NCBI RefSeq assembly: GCF_021246445.1
Contig: NZ_JAJQXW010000003.1
Span: 1-64,000, forward strand
Direction of reading: 5' to 3'
Length of the DNA: 64,000 nucleotides
Source of the DNA: Rhabdothermincola salaria
Lineage (GTDB): Bacteria; Actinomycetota; Acidimicrobiia; Acidimicrobiales; Acidimicrobilacustridaceae
A program made the translations under genes and the position numbers. The notes beneath the pieces were generated by a model. It was not told where the DNA came from and searched no databases. It was given only the letters and a program-made list of their open reading frames with translations. This document shows, one piece after another, positions 43,263-52,231 of the stretch. Within the stretch, counting starts at the first letter, position 1. The number at the start of each line of letters is the position of its first letter.

Positions 43263-44075
43263 TCAGTCGTCGCCGAGGTCGGGCACCCACACGGTGCCGT
43301 TGATGTGGCTGCCGCCGCCGGCGAACAGGGTGTTGCCGGTGACGTAGCGGCTGTCCTCGCTGGCCAGGAAGAACGCCACCGGGGCGATGTCGGTCTCGGG
43401 ATCGCCCAGACGGCCCATGGGGTTCGCCGCTTCGGACTGGGCGGCCATCTCGGGGTTCCGCTCCTGGAACGCCCGGAACGCCGCCGTCTTGGCGCCGGGG
43501 CAGATCGCGTTGGCGGTGATGCCGAACGCCGCCCACTCACGCGCAGCCGTCCGGGTGATGGTGCGCAGCGCTTCCTTGGTGGCGTTGTAGTGCACGGTGC
43601 CCATGTGAGCGTTGACACCGTTCAGCGAGCAGATGTTGACGATGCGCCCGTAGCCGGCCGCCCGCATGGTGGGGAAGGCAGCCTGCATGGCCCACAGCGG
43701 CCCCATGGCGTTCATGTGCCAGGCGTGCTCCATGGCCGAGTCCGGCATCTTGTCCACTCGCTTGAACCCCGCCCGATCACCGCCCCATGCGTTGTTGACC
43801 AGGATGTCGATCCCACCCCAGCGCTCCACGGCCCGCCCCACCATCGCCTCGTTGTCTGCCTTCGTCGTGGCGTCGGTGTGCAGGAACTCGGCCTCGGTGC
43901 CGAAGTCCCGGGTGAGCGCCTCGGCGACCGCCGCGCCCTTCTCGTCGTCGATCTCGGCCACCAGCACGCGGGCGCCCTCCTGGGCGAAGCGCCGAGCGAT
44001 CCCGTGCCCGATGCCGTCGCCCGCCCCGGTGATGACGGCCACCCGCCCGTCGAGTCGTCGATCCGTGGTGCTCAT
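43263..44075 (-). CDS. SDR oxidoreductase (copy 1, intact YxxxK)
   Basis: TGAGDGIG, LVNNA, ICSLNG, HYNATK. Confidence 0.92.
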   Translation of the reverse strand: MSTTDRRLDGRVAVITGAGDGIGHGIARRFAQEGARVLVAEIDDEKGAAVAEALTRDFGTEAEFLHTDATTKADNEAMVGRAVERWGGIDILVNNAWGGDRAGFKRVDKMPDSAMEHAWHMNAMGPLWAMQAAFPTMRAAGYGRIVNICSLNGVNAHMGTVHYNATKEALRTITRTAAREWAAFGITANAICPGAKTAAFRAFQERNPEMAAQSEAANPMGRLGDPETDIAPVAFFLASEDSRYVTGNTLFAGGGSHINGTVWVPDLGDD

Positions 44076-44130
44076 GTCGTCTCCCTCGTCCGTGTCCGCC
44101 GGGCGGGCGGTGGCTGCCGGCGGCGCAGGT

Positions 44131-44147
44131 TACTTGATGTGATCAAT
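44131..44147. promoter_or_regulatory. Operator box upstream of SDR copy 1
   Basis: TACTTGATGTGATCAAT, identical to 45298-45314; internal palindrome TTGAT-N3-ATCAA; abuts the minus-strand -10 TAACCT. Confidence 0.65.
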
Positions 44148-44188
44148 TACTTGCGCCGGCGAGCCCTCTCCTGGACACCACACGCGAC

Positions 44189-44213
44189 GAAGCCCCGCCG
44201 AGGGCGGGGCTCC
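44189..44213 (-). terminator. GC-rich hairpin, probable terminator of SDR copy 2
   Basis: Minus strand GGAGCCCCGCC-CTC-GGCGGGGCTTC followed by GTCGCGT. Confidence 0.6.
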
Positions 44214-44215
44214 TG

Positions 44216-44445
44216 TCGTCGGTCGGCCGGCCGTCGGTCGGTCAGCCGGTCGATCAGTCGGTCGATCAGTCGGTCGGCCGGCTCTGGTCGATCAGCCGAT
44301 CCATCAGTCAGTCGGCCAGCTCCCGCTCGGTCGGCTCTCAGCCGATCAGTCGCTCGGCCAGCCCTCGGAAGGCCAGCCGGCCGATCAGCCGGTCCGCCGA
44401 TCAGTCGGCCGGTCAGCCGGTCAGCCGGCTCCCGGTCGATCAGTC
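44216..44445. repeat. Degenerate tetranucleotide-based repeat tract (TCAG/TCGG/CCGG/TCGA) after the SDR stop
   Basis: 13 TCAG occurrences between 44242 and 44443, including the true stop codon. Confidence 0.75.
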
Positions 44446-45240
44446 CTCGTCGAGGTCGGGCACCCAGACGGCGCCGTTGATGTGGCTGCCGCCGTCGGCG
44501 TAGAGGGTGTTGCCGGTGATGTAGCGGCTGTCCTCGCTGGCCAGGAACAGCGCCACCGGGGCGATGTCGGTCTCGGGATCGCCGAGGTGCCCCATGGGGT
44601 TGGCTGCTTCGGAAGCGGCGGCCACATCGGGCGCCATCTGCTCGAACGCCCGAAAGGCGGCCGTCTTGGCACCGGGGCAGATCGAGTTGGCGGTGATGCC
44701 GAAGCCGGCCCACTCACGAGCGGCCGTGCGGGTGAGGGTGCGCAGACCCTCGGCCGAGGAGTTGTAGTGCACCGACCCCATGTGGGCGTTCACCCCGTTG
44801 AGCGAGCAGAGGCTGATGACGCGCCCCCAGCCCTGGGCCTTCATGTGGGGGAAGGCGGCCTGCATGGCCCAGAACGGGCCCATCAGCTTCATGTTGATGG
44901 CGTGGAACATGGCGTCGGTGGGCATCTTGTCCACTCGCTTGAGGCCGGCCTTGTCGCCGCCCCAGGCGTTGTTCACCAAGATGTCGACCGTCCCCCACCG
45001 CTCGACCGCCCTGGCGATCATGGCGTTGTTGTCGGCCTCGAGGGTGGCGTCGGTGTGGAGGAACTCGGCCTCGGTGCCGAAGTCCCGGGTGAGCTCCTCG
45101 GCGACCGCCGCGCCCTTCTCGTCGTCGATCTCGGCCACCAGCACCCGGGCGCCCTCCTGGGCGAAGCGCCGGGCGATCCCGTGCCCGATGCCGTCGCCCG
45201 CCCCGGTGATGACCGCGACCTTGTCCTGGATACGACCCAT
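44440..45240 (-). CDS. SDR oxidoreductase (copy 2, YxxxA instead of YxxxK)
   Basis: Near-identical to copy 1 over long stretches; HYNSSAEG at the catalytic motif. Confidence 0.9.
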   Translation of the reverse strand: MGRIQDKVAVITGAGDGIGHGIARRFAQEGARVLVAEIDDEKGAAVAEELTRDFGTEAEFLHTDATLEADNNAMIARAVERWGTVDILVNNAWGGDKAGLKRVDKMPTDAMFHAINMKLMGPFWAMQAAFPHMKAQGWGRVISLCSLNGVNAHMGSVHYNSSAEGLRTLTRTAAREWAGFGITANSICPGAKTAAFRAFEQMAPDVAAASEAANPMGHLGDPETDIAPVALFLASEDSRYITGNTLYADGGSHINGAVWVPDLDED

Positions 45241-45297
45241 GGTGTCCCCCTCGTTCGATGCGGCCACCCCGGGCGGGCGCCGACCCGGGCGGCACAG

Positions 45298-45314
45298 TAC
45301 TTGATGTGATCAAT
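45298..45314. promoter_or_regulatory. Operator box upstream of SDR copy 2
   Basis: TACTTGATGTGATCAAT; abuts the minus-strand -10 TACTGT. Confidence 0.65.
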
Positions 45315-45452
45315 GATTTCCGATGTCCGGACGCGACGCGGGCCGGCACTGTCGTCGCCACGACGGTGCCGGCCCGTGAGGATCCGTGCGGATTGGTCGC
45401 CTGGCCCCTGCTCCCCAGGTTCGCCGGCGATGCCTCGCGTCGAGGACGGGAG

Positions 45453-46661
45453 CTACTCGGTGATGCCGTGGTAACGGTCGAGGTGGTACAGCTCGATGGC
45501 GTTGCCCCGGAAGAACCGGTAGATCTCGTGGTCGTTCAGACCGGCCTTGGCCGCCATGCGCTCGGCGACGTCCTTGGTGTGCGGGAACGTGGAGTCGGCA
45601 TGGGGGTAGTCGACCTCGAAGGTGAGCCGGTCGATACCGATCACGTCACGGTTGGCCATGGCCGTCTCGTCGTCGAAGATGCAGTACCAGATGTTGCTCT
45701 TCATGTAGGTCGACGGCGGCTGGGGCAGCTTCGACCCGAAGCCGGTGTCGTCGAGGAGGCGCTCCTCCCAGAGCTTGTCGGCCCGCTCGAGCACGTAGGG
45801 CAGCCAGCCGGCCTGGCCCTCGCTGTAGGCCACCCGCAGGTCGGGGAAGCGGTCGAAGACGCCGCCGAAGGTGTAGTCGAGCACCGAGCCCATGGCGTTC
45901 TGGAAGGTCAGCGTGGAGCTGATGATGAACGGGGCGTCGGGGGCCGTGGAGGGCATCTTGGACGACGAGCCGATGTGCATGTTGATGACCGTGTCGGTCT
46001 CCTCGCACACCGCGAAGAGCGGATCCCAGTGGCCGGAGTGCACCGACGGCAGACCGAGCGGCACGGGGTTCTCGGAGAAGGTGATGTTGTGGCTGCCCAG
46101 GTCGGCGCACCGACGCACCTCGGCCACGGCGAGGTCGACGTCCCACAACGGGATCATGGTGAGCGGGATGAGGCGGTCCTTGCCCGGACCGGCGCACCAC
46201 TCCTCGATCATCCAGTCGTTGTAGGCCTTGACGCAGAGCAGGGCCAGCTCCTTGTCGTCACGCTCCAGGAACGTCTGGCCGCAGAAGCGGGGCAGGATGT
46301 TCGGGAAGCAGATGGACGCCTCGACGTGGTTGGCGTCCATGTCGGCCAGACGGGCCTCCTGGTCGTAGCAGCCCTTGCGGATCTGGTCGAAGGTGGTCGG
46401 CTCGTTCTTCACCACCTCGGCCCCCACGGCGGCCGACAGGCGGGTGAACGGGTACTTGAGGTCGTCGTAGTACCAGACGTCGCACTCGACGCCGTCGGGC
46501 ACGCCGGTCTCGAACGTGTAGCCGCCGACGAGGCTCATGCGCACCTTCTCGCGCACCACCCGGGGAGCGCGGTCCTGGTACTTCGCCGGCAACCGGTCGA
46601 GCCACAGGTTCGGGGGCTCCACGACGTGGTCGTCGACCGAGATGATCCGTGGGATGTCCAT
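45453..46661 (-). CDS. Amidohydrolase family protein
   Basis: ISVDDHVVEP, YNDWMIEEW, MHIGSSS, FEVDYPHADSTFP. Confidence 0.92.
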   Translation of the reverse strand: MDIPRIISVDDHVVEPPNLWLDRLPAKYQDRAPRVVREKVRMSLVGGYTFETGVPDGVECDVWYYDDLKYPFTRLSAAVGAEVVKNEPTTFDQIRKGCYDQEARLADMDANHVEASICFPNILPRFCGQTFLERDDKELALLCVKAYNDWMIEEWCAGPGKDRLIPLTMIPLWDVDLAVAEVRRCADLGSHNITFSENPVPLGLPSVHSGHWDPLFAVCEETDTVINMHIGSSSKMPSTAPDAPFIISSTLTFQNAMGSVLDYTFGGVFDRFPDLRVAYSEGQAGWLPYVLERADKLWEERLLDDTGFGSKLPQPPSTYMKSNIWYCIFDDETAMANRDVIGIDRLTFEVDYPHADSTFPHTKDVAERMAAKAGLNDHEIYRFFRGNAIELYHLDRYHGITE

Positions 46662-46700
46662 GGCGCGTCCTCCGTGTCCCCTCCCCCGGAGCGTCCGGGA

Positions 46701-46721
46701 AATCTGACGGACCGTCAGTTT
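46701..46721. promoter_or_regulatory. Palindromic operator candidate upstream of the amidohydrolase
   Basis: AAtCTGACGG-a-CCGTCAGtTT, about 40 nt upstream of ATG 46661. Confidence 0.6.
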
Positions 46722-46815
46722 GGCATCGTCGCGTCCGCCGGGCCACGGCGGGGCCCGGATCTCCTCCGAGAAGGGCCGGGCATCGGCCTGGCCCGGCGCT
46801 CGGTCGCGGGGCCGA

Positions 46816-48318
46816 TCAGCCCGCGGCCAGGAGCCCGGGGGCGGTCAGCTCCACCCGGGTTCCCACCAGGTCCTCGGCCAGGAAGCGACGGACCTGGGCG
46901 TCGTCGTCGGACAGCCCGACCGTGCGCACCGTCGTCGCGTCCGGACGCTCGACCTCGACGACCGCGATGGCCCGCGATCCGCCCTCTCGGCGGGGTATGA
47001 CGGTGTGGCCCACCACCACCCCGGTGCCCACGGCCTCGGCGTCGACCGGCCTGGTGGCCGTGGCCTCACGGGCGGCGGCGGTGACGTCGAGGACCTCGGT
47101 CTCACGTCGCGGGTCGCCGGCCGACCAGACCGTCACGGCCGGCTTGGTGAGCAGGCCGCTCACCGCGGTGGTGAGCCCCACGACATCCGACCCCGCCGCC
47201 CGACACCGCTCGACCATCGCCACTGCGCTCTGCAGGACGTAGTTGTCGAAGGGGCCCCCGCCGAACGTCATGCCCCCGGTGAGCGTGAGATCGCGCTCGA
47301 GGCCCAACGACAGCTCCCGGGCGGCCACCTGCACCGCCGCCGGGAAGCACGAGTAGAGGTCGACCGGACCGATGTCGCCCAGGGCCACGCCGGCGGCACC
47401 GAGGGCCCGGTCGCCGCACACCGCCAGGGCCGGCCAGCGGTGCAGGTCGGCTCGTTCGGTGAGGGGGACGACGAGGTTGGATTCGGCCATGGCCAGGGGG
47501 AAGACCCACCGGTCGCGGGGCACACCCAGGCGCTCGGCGGTGGCCGCGGTGGTGACGAAGAGCGCCGCCGCCTGGTCGACGTTCCACTGCGACACGAGCC
47601 ACTTGGGGTAGGGCGCGGCGATCAGCCGGTTGCTGTCGGTGACGGTGGTGATCGCCTCGGGCGACAGGCCCCGGCGGTCCCACGCAGAGGGCGTGGCCGC
47701 GGCGATGGCGGCGAAGCGTCCCCACAGCTCGCCGAGGAAGGCCTGGTGGGCCTCCACGGTGCGTCCGTCGTGGTGGCGCAGGGCGCTCTCGATGATGGCG
47801 TACTGGTGCGCCGCGGTGGTGAGGTCGCGCTCGATCTCGACGGCCGAGATGATCATGTCGTCCGGGGTGAGCACCTCGTCGGGTTCCTGCTCGGTGGCCA
47901 CCGACGGTGCGGCGGGCACCGCCTCGCCGGCCTTGCCGGCCACCACGCCGGACCAGCGGTTCTCCCCACCGACGACCAACGCCACCTCGACCGACCCGTC
48001 GGCCACGGCGCGGACCCCCTGGGCCAGCAAGGTGTGCTGCAGCACGCCGAGCTCGCCCCGCACCGAGCGCGCCGACGGGGCACCGATCGCCGCGGCCACG
48101 GCACGTCCAGGGTCGGCCTCGGGCCAGGTGCCGTGGGGCACCCACACGGCACCGACCCGCTGAGCCACGTCTCGGCCGGCCGAGCCGAGGCCGGCCACGG
48201 CGTCGTGGGCGGCCTCCAGCATCAGCGCTGTGGCCGACGTCGGCACGAAGCCCTCGCCGGCGTGGTGGGTGACCGCCGCCGCGGACACGACGACGGGGGT
48301 CGACGGCTCGACGCTCAT
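46816..48318 (-). CDS. Thiolase-like protein (acetyl-CoA acetyltransferase-annotated family)
   Basis: NRLIAAPYPK, NVDQAAA, DLYSCFPAAV, LTLTGGMTFGGGP. ATGA overlap with the upstream gene. Confidence 0.82.
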   Translation of the reverse strand: MSVEPSTPVVVSAAAVTHHAGEGFVPTSATALMLEAAHDAVAGLGSAGRDVAQRVGAVWVPHGTWPEADPGRAVAAAIGAPSARSVRGELGVLQHTLLAQGVRAVADGSVEVALVVGGENRWSGVVAGKAGEAVPAAPSVATEQEPDEVLTPDDMIISAVEIERDLTTAAHQYAIIESALRHHDGRTVEAHQAFLGELWGRFAAIAAATPSAWDRRGLSPEAITTVTDSNRLIAAPYPKWLVSQWNVDQAAALFVTTAATAERLGVPRDRWVFPLAMAESNLVVPLTERADLHRWPALAVCGDRALGAAGVALGDIGPVDLYSCFPAAVQVAARELSLGLERDLTLTGGMTFGGGPFDNYVLQSAVAMVERCRAAGSDVVGLTTAVSGLLTKPAVTVWSAGDPRRETEVLDVTAAAREATATRPVDAEAVGTGVVVGHTVIPRREGGSRAIAVVEVERPDATTVRTVGLSDDDAQVRRFLAEDLVGTRVELTAPGLLAAG

Positions 48319-49343
48319 CGGGCCCCTCCCTGGGGAGCCGGCGCCGGCGCGGGCACGGACCGACCCAGGCGCGCGGCCAGCGCGATGAAGAACATGGCGA
48401 CGGTGGGGTTGAACACGTCGGCTCGCTCCCATTGCAGGAAGTGGCCGGCGCCGGCCAGCACGAGGGGCCCGACCCGGTCGGTGAAGGCCACCTCGCAGCA
48501 GTGCAGGAAGTCGGGGCCCACCACCTGGTCGTCGGCGCCGTAGAAGAGCAGGGTGGGCACGTCGACGGGGCGGTCGAGGACGGGGGCCTCGCTCATGGGC
48601 CGGCCGTGGCCGAGCTGGTACACGGCCCACCCGGCCCTCAGTCGGGCCTCGTCGGCCCACGGCTCGGTGTGGAAGGCGACGTCGGCGTCGCTGAACGTGC
48701 CCGGGGAGGCCCACAGGCGGGGCCCGTACATCGTGGCGATGAAGGCGCGACGGGCCTCGGGGGTGGGCATCTCGGCGGCCAGGCCGTCGGGATCGGCCCC
48801 CTGGCGGCGGCGGTAGTCACCGGTGGGGTGGTCGCCGATGGCCCGGATCGACCCGAGGTCGATGCCGGCCTCGGCGTAGGCATCGATCAGCATCGGGGGC
48901 ACGGTGTCGAAGAAGCACAGCCCGTCGACGAACCCGTCGAAGCGCTGGGCCATGTCGACCCCCACCACCCCACCGACGTCGCCGGCGGCGATGCCGATGT
49001 GCTCGTGGCCGAGCACGTCGTGCACCAGGGCGTGGAGGTCGCGGCTGTAGGCCACGAGGTCGTAGGTGTCGTCGGCCGAGAAGTCCGAGTCGCCGTGGCC
49101 GCGCAGGTCGGGCACGATCACCTCGAAGCCGGCCGCCACCAGCGGCTCGATGTTGCGCCACCAGATGCGCTTGGTCTCGGGGTAGCCGTGGATCAACAGC
49201 AGCGGGTAGCCCCCGACGCCCTCCCGCACGTAGGCCAGTGACAGGCCGTCGGCGACCTCGGCCCGGTGGATGGTGAAGGCGTCGGCGGCCGGGGTGGGCG
49301 GCTGGGCCGGACGCAGCTTGGGGTCGTAGCCGACGACGGTCAT
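48315..49343 (-). CDS. Alpha/beta fold hydrolase (epoxide hydrolase-like)
   Basis: LIHGYPE, PDLRGHGDS, AGDVGG (Asp nucleophile), AGHFLQWE. Confidence 0.88.
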   Translation of the reverse strand: MTVVGYDPKLRPAQPPTPAADAFTIHRAEVADGLSLAYVREGVGGYPLLLIHGYPETKRIWWRNIEPLVAAGFEVIVPDLRGHGDSDFSADDTYDLVAYSRDLHALVHDVLGHEHIGIAAGDVGGVVGVDMAQRFDGFVDGLCFFDTVPPMLIDAYAEAGIDLGSIRAIGDHPTGDYRRRQGADPDGLAAEMPTPEARRAFIATMYGPRLWASPGTFSDADVAFHTEPWADEARLRAGWAVYQLGHGRPMSEAPVLDRPVDVPTLLFYGADDQVVGPDFLHCCEVAFTDRVGPLVLAGAGHFLQWERADVFNPTVAMFFIALAARLGRSVPAPAPAPQGGAR

Positions 49344-50587
49344 GCGTCCCCCTCGACCCGCTCGGCGGTGAGGACTTCGGGACCGACGATCCCGGCCGCG
49401 GTCAGGGCGGCGACGTCGTCCTCGCTGCGACCCAGCTCCTCGAGCACCTCGAGGGTGTGCTCTCCCAACCGAGGGGCCGGGCCTCTCGGTTCCCACGGCG
49501 TGCCGTAGAAGTCCGAGGGGCTGGCCACGCGCAGCTCGGAGCCACCATCGGCGTCGGGGACGCTGACGAAAGCTCCGGCGGCGTGCACCTGCGGGTCGAC
49601 GAGCACGTCGTCGATGGTGTTGACCGGCGCCCAGAACATGTCGGGCTCGGTGTCGAACACCTCGGCCCACTCGTCGAGGGTCTTGGTGGCGAAGATCTCG
49701 TCGAGCAGCCCCACCAGCTCCGCCGCGTTCTGGCGGCGGGCCATCGGCGTGGCGAAGCGCTCGTCGGTGAGCCACTCGGGGTGGCCCACCACCCGGGCCA
49801 GCGGTGGCCAGTGCCGCTCCCCCTCCTGACCGATGAGCCAGAAGGCCCGGTCGTCGCCGGCCACGTAGTTGTTCATGGAGGGGTTCCCCATCTCCTCGCG
49901 TCGACCGATGCCGATGTGGGCGCCCCAGCCGAGGGTGATGGAGACGTCGAAGCCCACCGAGTAGATGCCCTGGCGCACCAACGACGTGGACACCAGCTGG
50001 CCTTTCCCCGTGCGCTCGCGGTTGAACAGCGCGGCGCACACGGCGCCGGCGGCGGAGCTCCCGGTGGGGTGGTCGCCCATGCCCCCACGCTGGAAGGGCA
50101 GCGGACCGTCGGGGGTGCGCAGCAGCGAGGCGATGCCCGACCGGGCCCAGAACCCACCGATGTCGTAGGCCGGGCGGTGGGCGTCGGGCCCGTCCATCCC
50201 GTAGCCGGTGATGAGCTGGTACACGAGACGGGGGCACCGCTCGAGGACGGTCTCGGGGTCGAGGGCCCAGCGCTCGAGGGCGGACTGGCGCAGGTTGGTG
50301 ACGAAGACGTCGGCATCCTCGAGCAGCTCCATGGCCAGGGCCTGGCCCTCGGGCCGGCGCAGGTCGACCACCACGCTGCGCTTGGACCGGTTGTCCATCT
50401 CGAACACCGGGTTGTCCGGCATCATCTCGCCGAACAGCGCCTGGTAGGTGCGGGCCGGGTCGCCGATGCCGGGCGGTTCGAGCTTGATCACGTCGGCGCC
50501 CCAGTCGGCGAGGATGCCCCCGGCAGCCGGACCGGCCACCCACATCCCCAGCTCGACGACCTTCACACCCTCCAGCGGACCGGACAC
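49340..50587 (-). CDS. CoA-transferase family III (CaiB/BaiF)
   Basis: PLEGVKVVEL, LADWGADVIKLE, NRSKRS, ITGYG, PAPRLGEHT. Confidence 0.92.
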   Translation of the reverse strand: MSGPLEGVKVVELGMWVAGPAAGGILADWGADVIKLEPPGIGDPARTYQALFGEMMPDNPVFEMDNRSKRSVVVDLRRPEGQALAMELLEDADVFVTNLRQSALERWALDPETVLERCPRLVYQLITGYGMDGPDAHRPAYDIGGFWARSGIASLLRTPDGPLPFQRGGMGDHPTGSSAAGAVCAALFNRERTGKGQLVSTSLVRQGIYSVGFDVSITLGWGAHIGIGRREEMGNPSMNNYVAGDDRAFWLIGQEGERHWPPLARVVGHPEWLTDERFATPMARRQNAAELVGLLDEIFATKTLDEWAEVFDTEPDMFWAPVNTIDDVLVDPQVHAAGAFVSVPDADGGSELRVASPSDFYGTPWEPRGPAPRLGEHTLEVLEELGRSEDDVAALTAAGIVGPEVLTAERVEGDA

Positions 50588-50666
50588 CGCACTCCCCCTC
50601 GACGTCGACGCGACCCCGACGCGGGGCCTGGCCGAAGAGCCTCGCGCGTCGGCCGGGGTCCGGCGA

Positions 50667-52151
50667 TCAGCGAGCGGGCCGGCGGCGCACCCGGTGCCAC
50701 TCGGCGACGACGTGGTCGCGCAGCGCCTCCCCTTCGGGGCGGGCGCAGACCACGTGCTCGACGTCCACCGCGTGCTCTCCCACCCGTTGGAGGCGCACGA
50801 CGTCGCCGTCGGCGCGGAACTCCGGCACCCAGGCCGCCCAGCAGAAGCCCAGGGCCTCGAGCGACTCGACGGCCCAGGCGGCGGCGGGGTCGGCCAGGGC
50901 GACGTCGAGGTGGGTGGCACCGAGCTCGAACGGCACGAGGCCCTCGAGCTCGTCCTCCACCCGCTCGACGAGGTCGGCCCCGACGCGGTCGACTCGGAGG
51001 TGAGCCAGCCCCGACGACGCCAAGAGGTCGAGGTGCACCACCGACGCGGCCTCGGCGGGCACGGTCACGTCGGTGCGGACGTCGCGAGGGCAACCGACCC
51101 GATGGGCCAACGTGCGCAAGAGGTCGGCGTGTCGTTCGGGCAGGTGCACCGGGCGGGCCGGCGCCGGGCTCACCGGGGTGTAGGTGGCGACGAGCGATCG
51201 CCGGCCTTCGTTGCTGTTGGCCAGGCCCGCCATCACCACCCCGGCGGGCGACGCCCCGATGAGCAGGCCCACCTCGGCTCCACCGACGGCCAGGACGCCG
51301 CGCTGGGACGCCGGGTGGTTGGCCACGCACTCGGCCCACAGGCCGGGGATCGACCGCTCCCCTGCGACAGCCATGCGCAGCTGGGCCAGGCGCTCGGCGA
51401 GGTGGTGGCCCCGGAAGCGGGGGTCGACGACCAGCCGCCCGGCCTCGGGCACCCGGTCGGTGGGCTCTTCGAAGAAGTAGGCGGCGTGGCCGACGACCTC
51501 ACCGTCGGGCAGGGCCGCCACCACCGACACCTGCTCGCCGCGAGCCAGCGCCCGGCGCACCGACCGAGGCTCGTACAGGGATCCGTCCTTGTAGCTGTAG
51601 CCGTAGCAGCGGAACACGCACCGCACCAGCGCCCCGGCGTCGGCCTCGGCCATGGGCCGGATCTCGAGGCGATCGGCCAGATCGGCCGGCGCATCCGCGG
51701 CATCGTCGGGGAGCTGCTCGACGCCGTGGAGCTCCTCGGCGGGGGGATCGGGCCGCACCCGGCACTCCACCACGTTGCCCTCCTTGCCCCGGTTGGCGAC
51801 GTGGAGGCTCTCGACGAAGCCCATGGCCGCCAGTCGGCGCGACGGGAGGTGCCGGGACTCCGTCGCCACCACCGGCAGGCGGCGGTCGACCACCTCCACC
51901 CGCAGGCTGGTGGCCTCGTGGTCGATGCGCACCACGATCTGGTCCTCGGCCCCCGCGAAGCGCTCACGCTGGCGGGCCTCGCGGACCAGCTCCTCGACCA
52001 CCACGCGCAGCCGGGTGGCCCGCTCGGGCGACACGCCGTAGGCGGTGGCCACGGCCCGCACCGCGGCCCCGGTCGCCTCGGCGGGCACGTCGTCGTGCAG
52101 CCGCATCTCGAGCAGCGCCGCCGCAACGGGCGGGGCCGGGGCGGCGGACAT
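50667..52151 (-). CDS. Degenerate HATPase (anti-sigma-like) + GNAT acetyltransferase fusion
   Basis: N-terminal LRVVVEELVRE...VEVVD...GFVESL...GKEGN; then IRPM...RCYGYSY, GRLVVDPRFRGHHLA, HPASQR. Confidence 0.7.
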   Translation of the reverse strand: MSAAPAPPVAAALLEMRLHDDVPAEATGAAVRAVATAYGVSPERATRLRVVVEELVREARQRERFAGAEDQIVVRIDHEATSLRVEVVDRRLPVVATESRHLPSRRLAAMGFVESLHVANRGKEGNVVECRVRPDPPAEELHGVEQLPDDAADAPADLADRLEIRPMAEADAGALVRCVFRCYGYSYKDGSLYEPRSVRRALARGEQVSVVAALPDGEVVGHAAYFFEEPTDRVPEAGRLVVDPRFRGHHLAERLAQLRMAVAGERSIPGLWAECVANHPASQRGVLAVGGAEVGLLIGASPAGVVMAGLANSNEGRRSLVATYTPVSPAPARPVHLPERHADLLRTLAHRVGCPRDVRTDVTVPAEAASVVHLDLLASSGLAHLRVDRVGADLVERVEDELEGLVPFELGATHLDVALADPAAAWAVESLEALGFCWAAWVPEFRADGDVVRLQRVGEHAVDVEHVVCARPEGEALRDHVVAEWHRVRRRPAR

Positions 52152-52231
52152 GGTCTGCGACGGTAGTGCCCGAGCTCGCAACGCGAGGTGCTCCTCGGCG
52201 CCGGTCGCCCTCCACGAGGTAGAACCGAGCC

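Noticed and set aside
44216..44445. Possible CRISPR array
   Set aside because: No constant repeat with unique spacers and no cas genes. The same applies to the 56110-56266 repeats, which are spacerless and coding.
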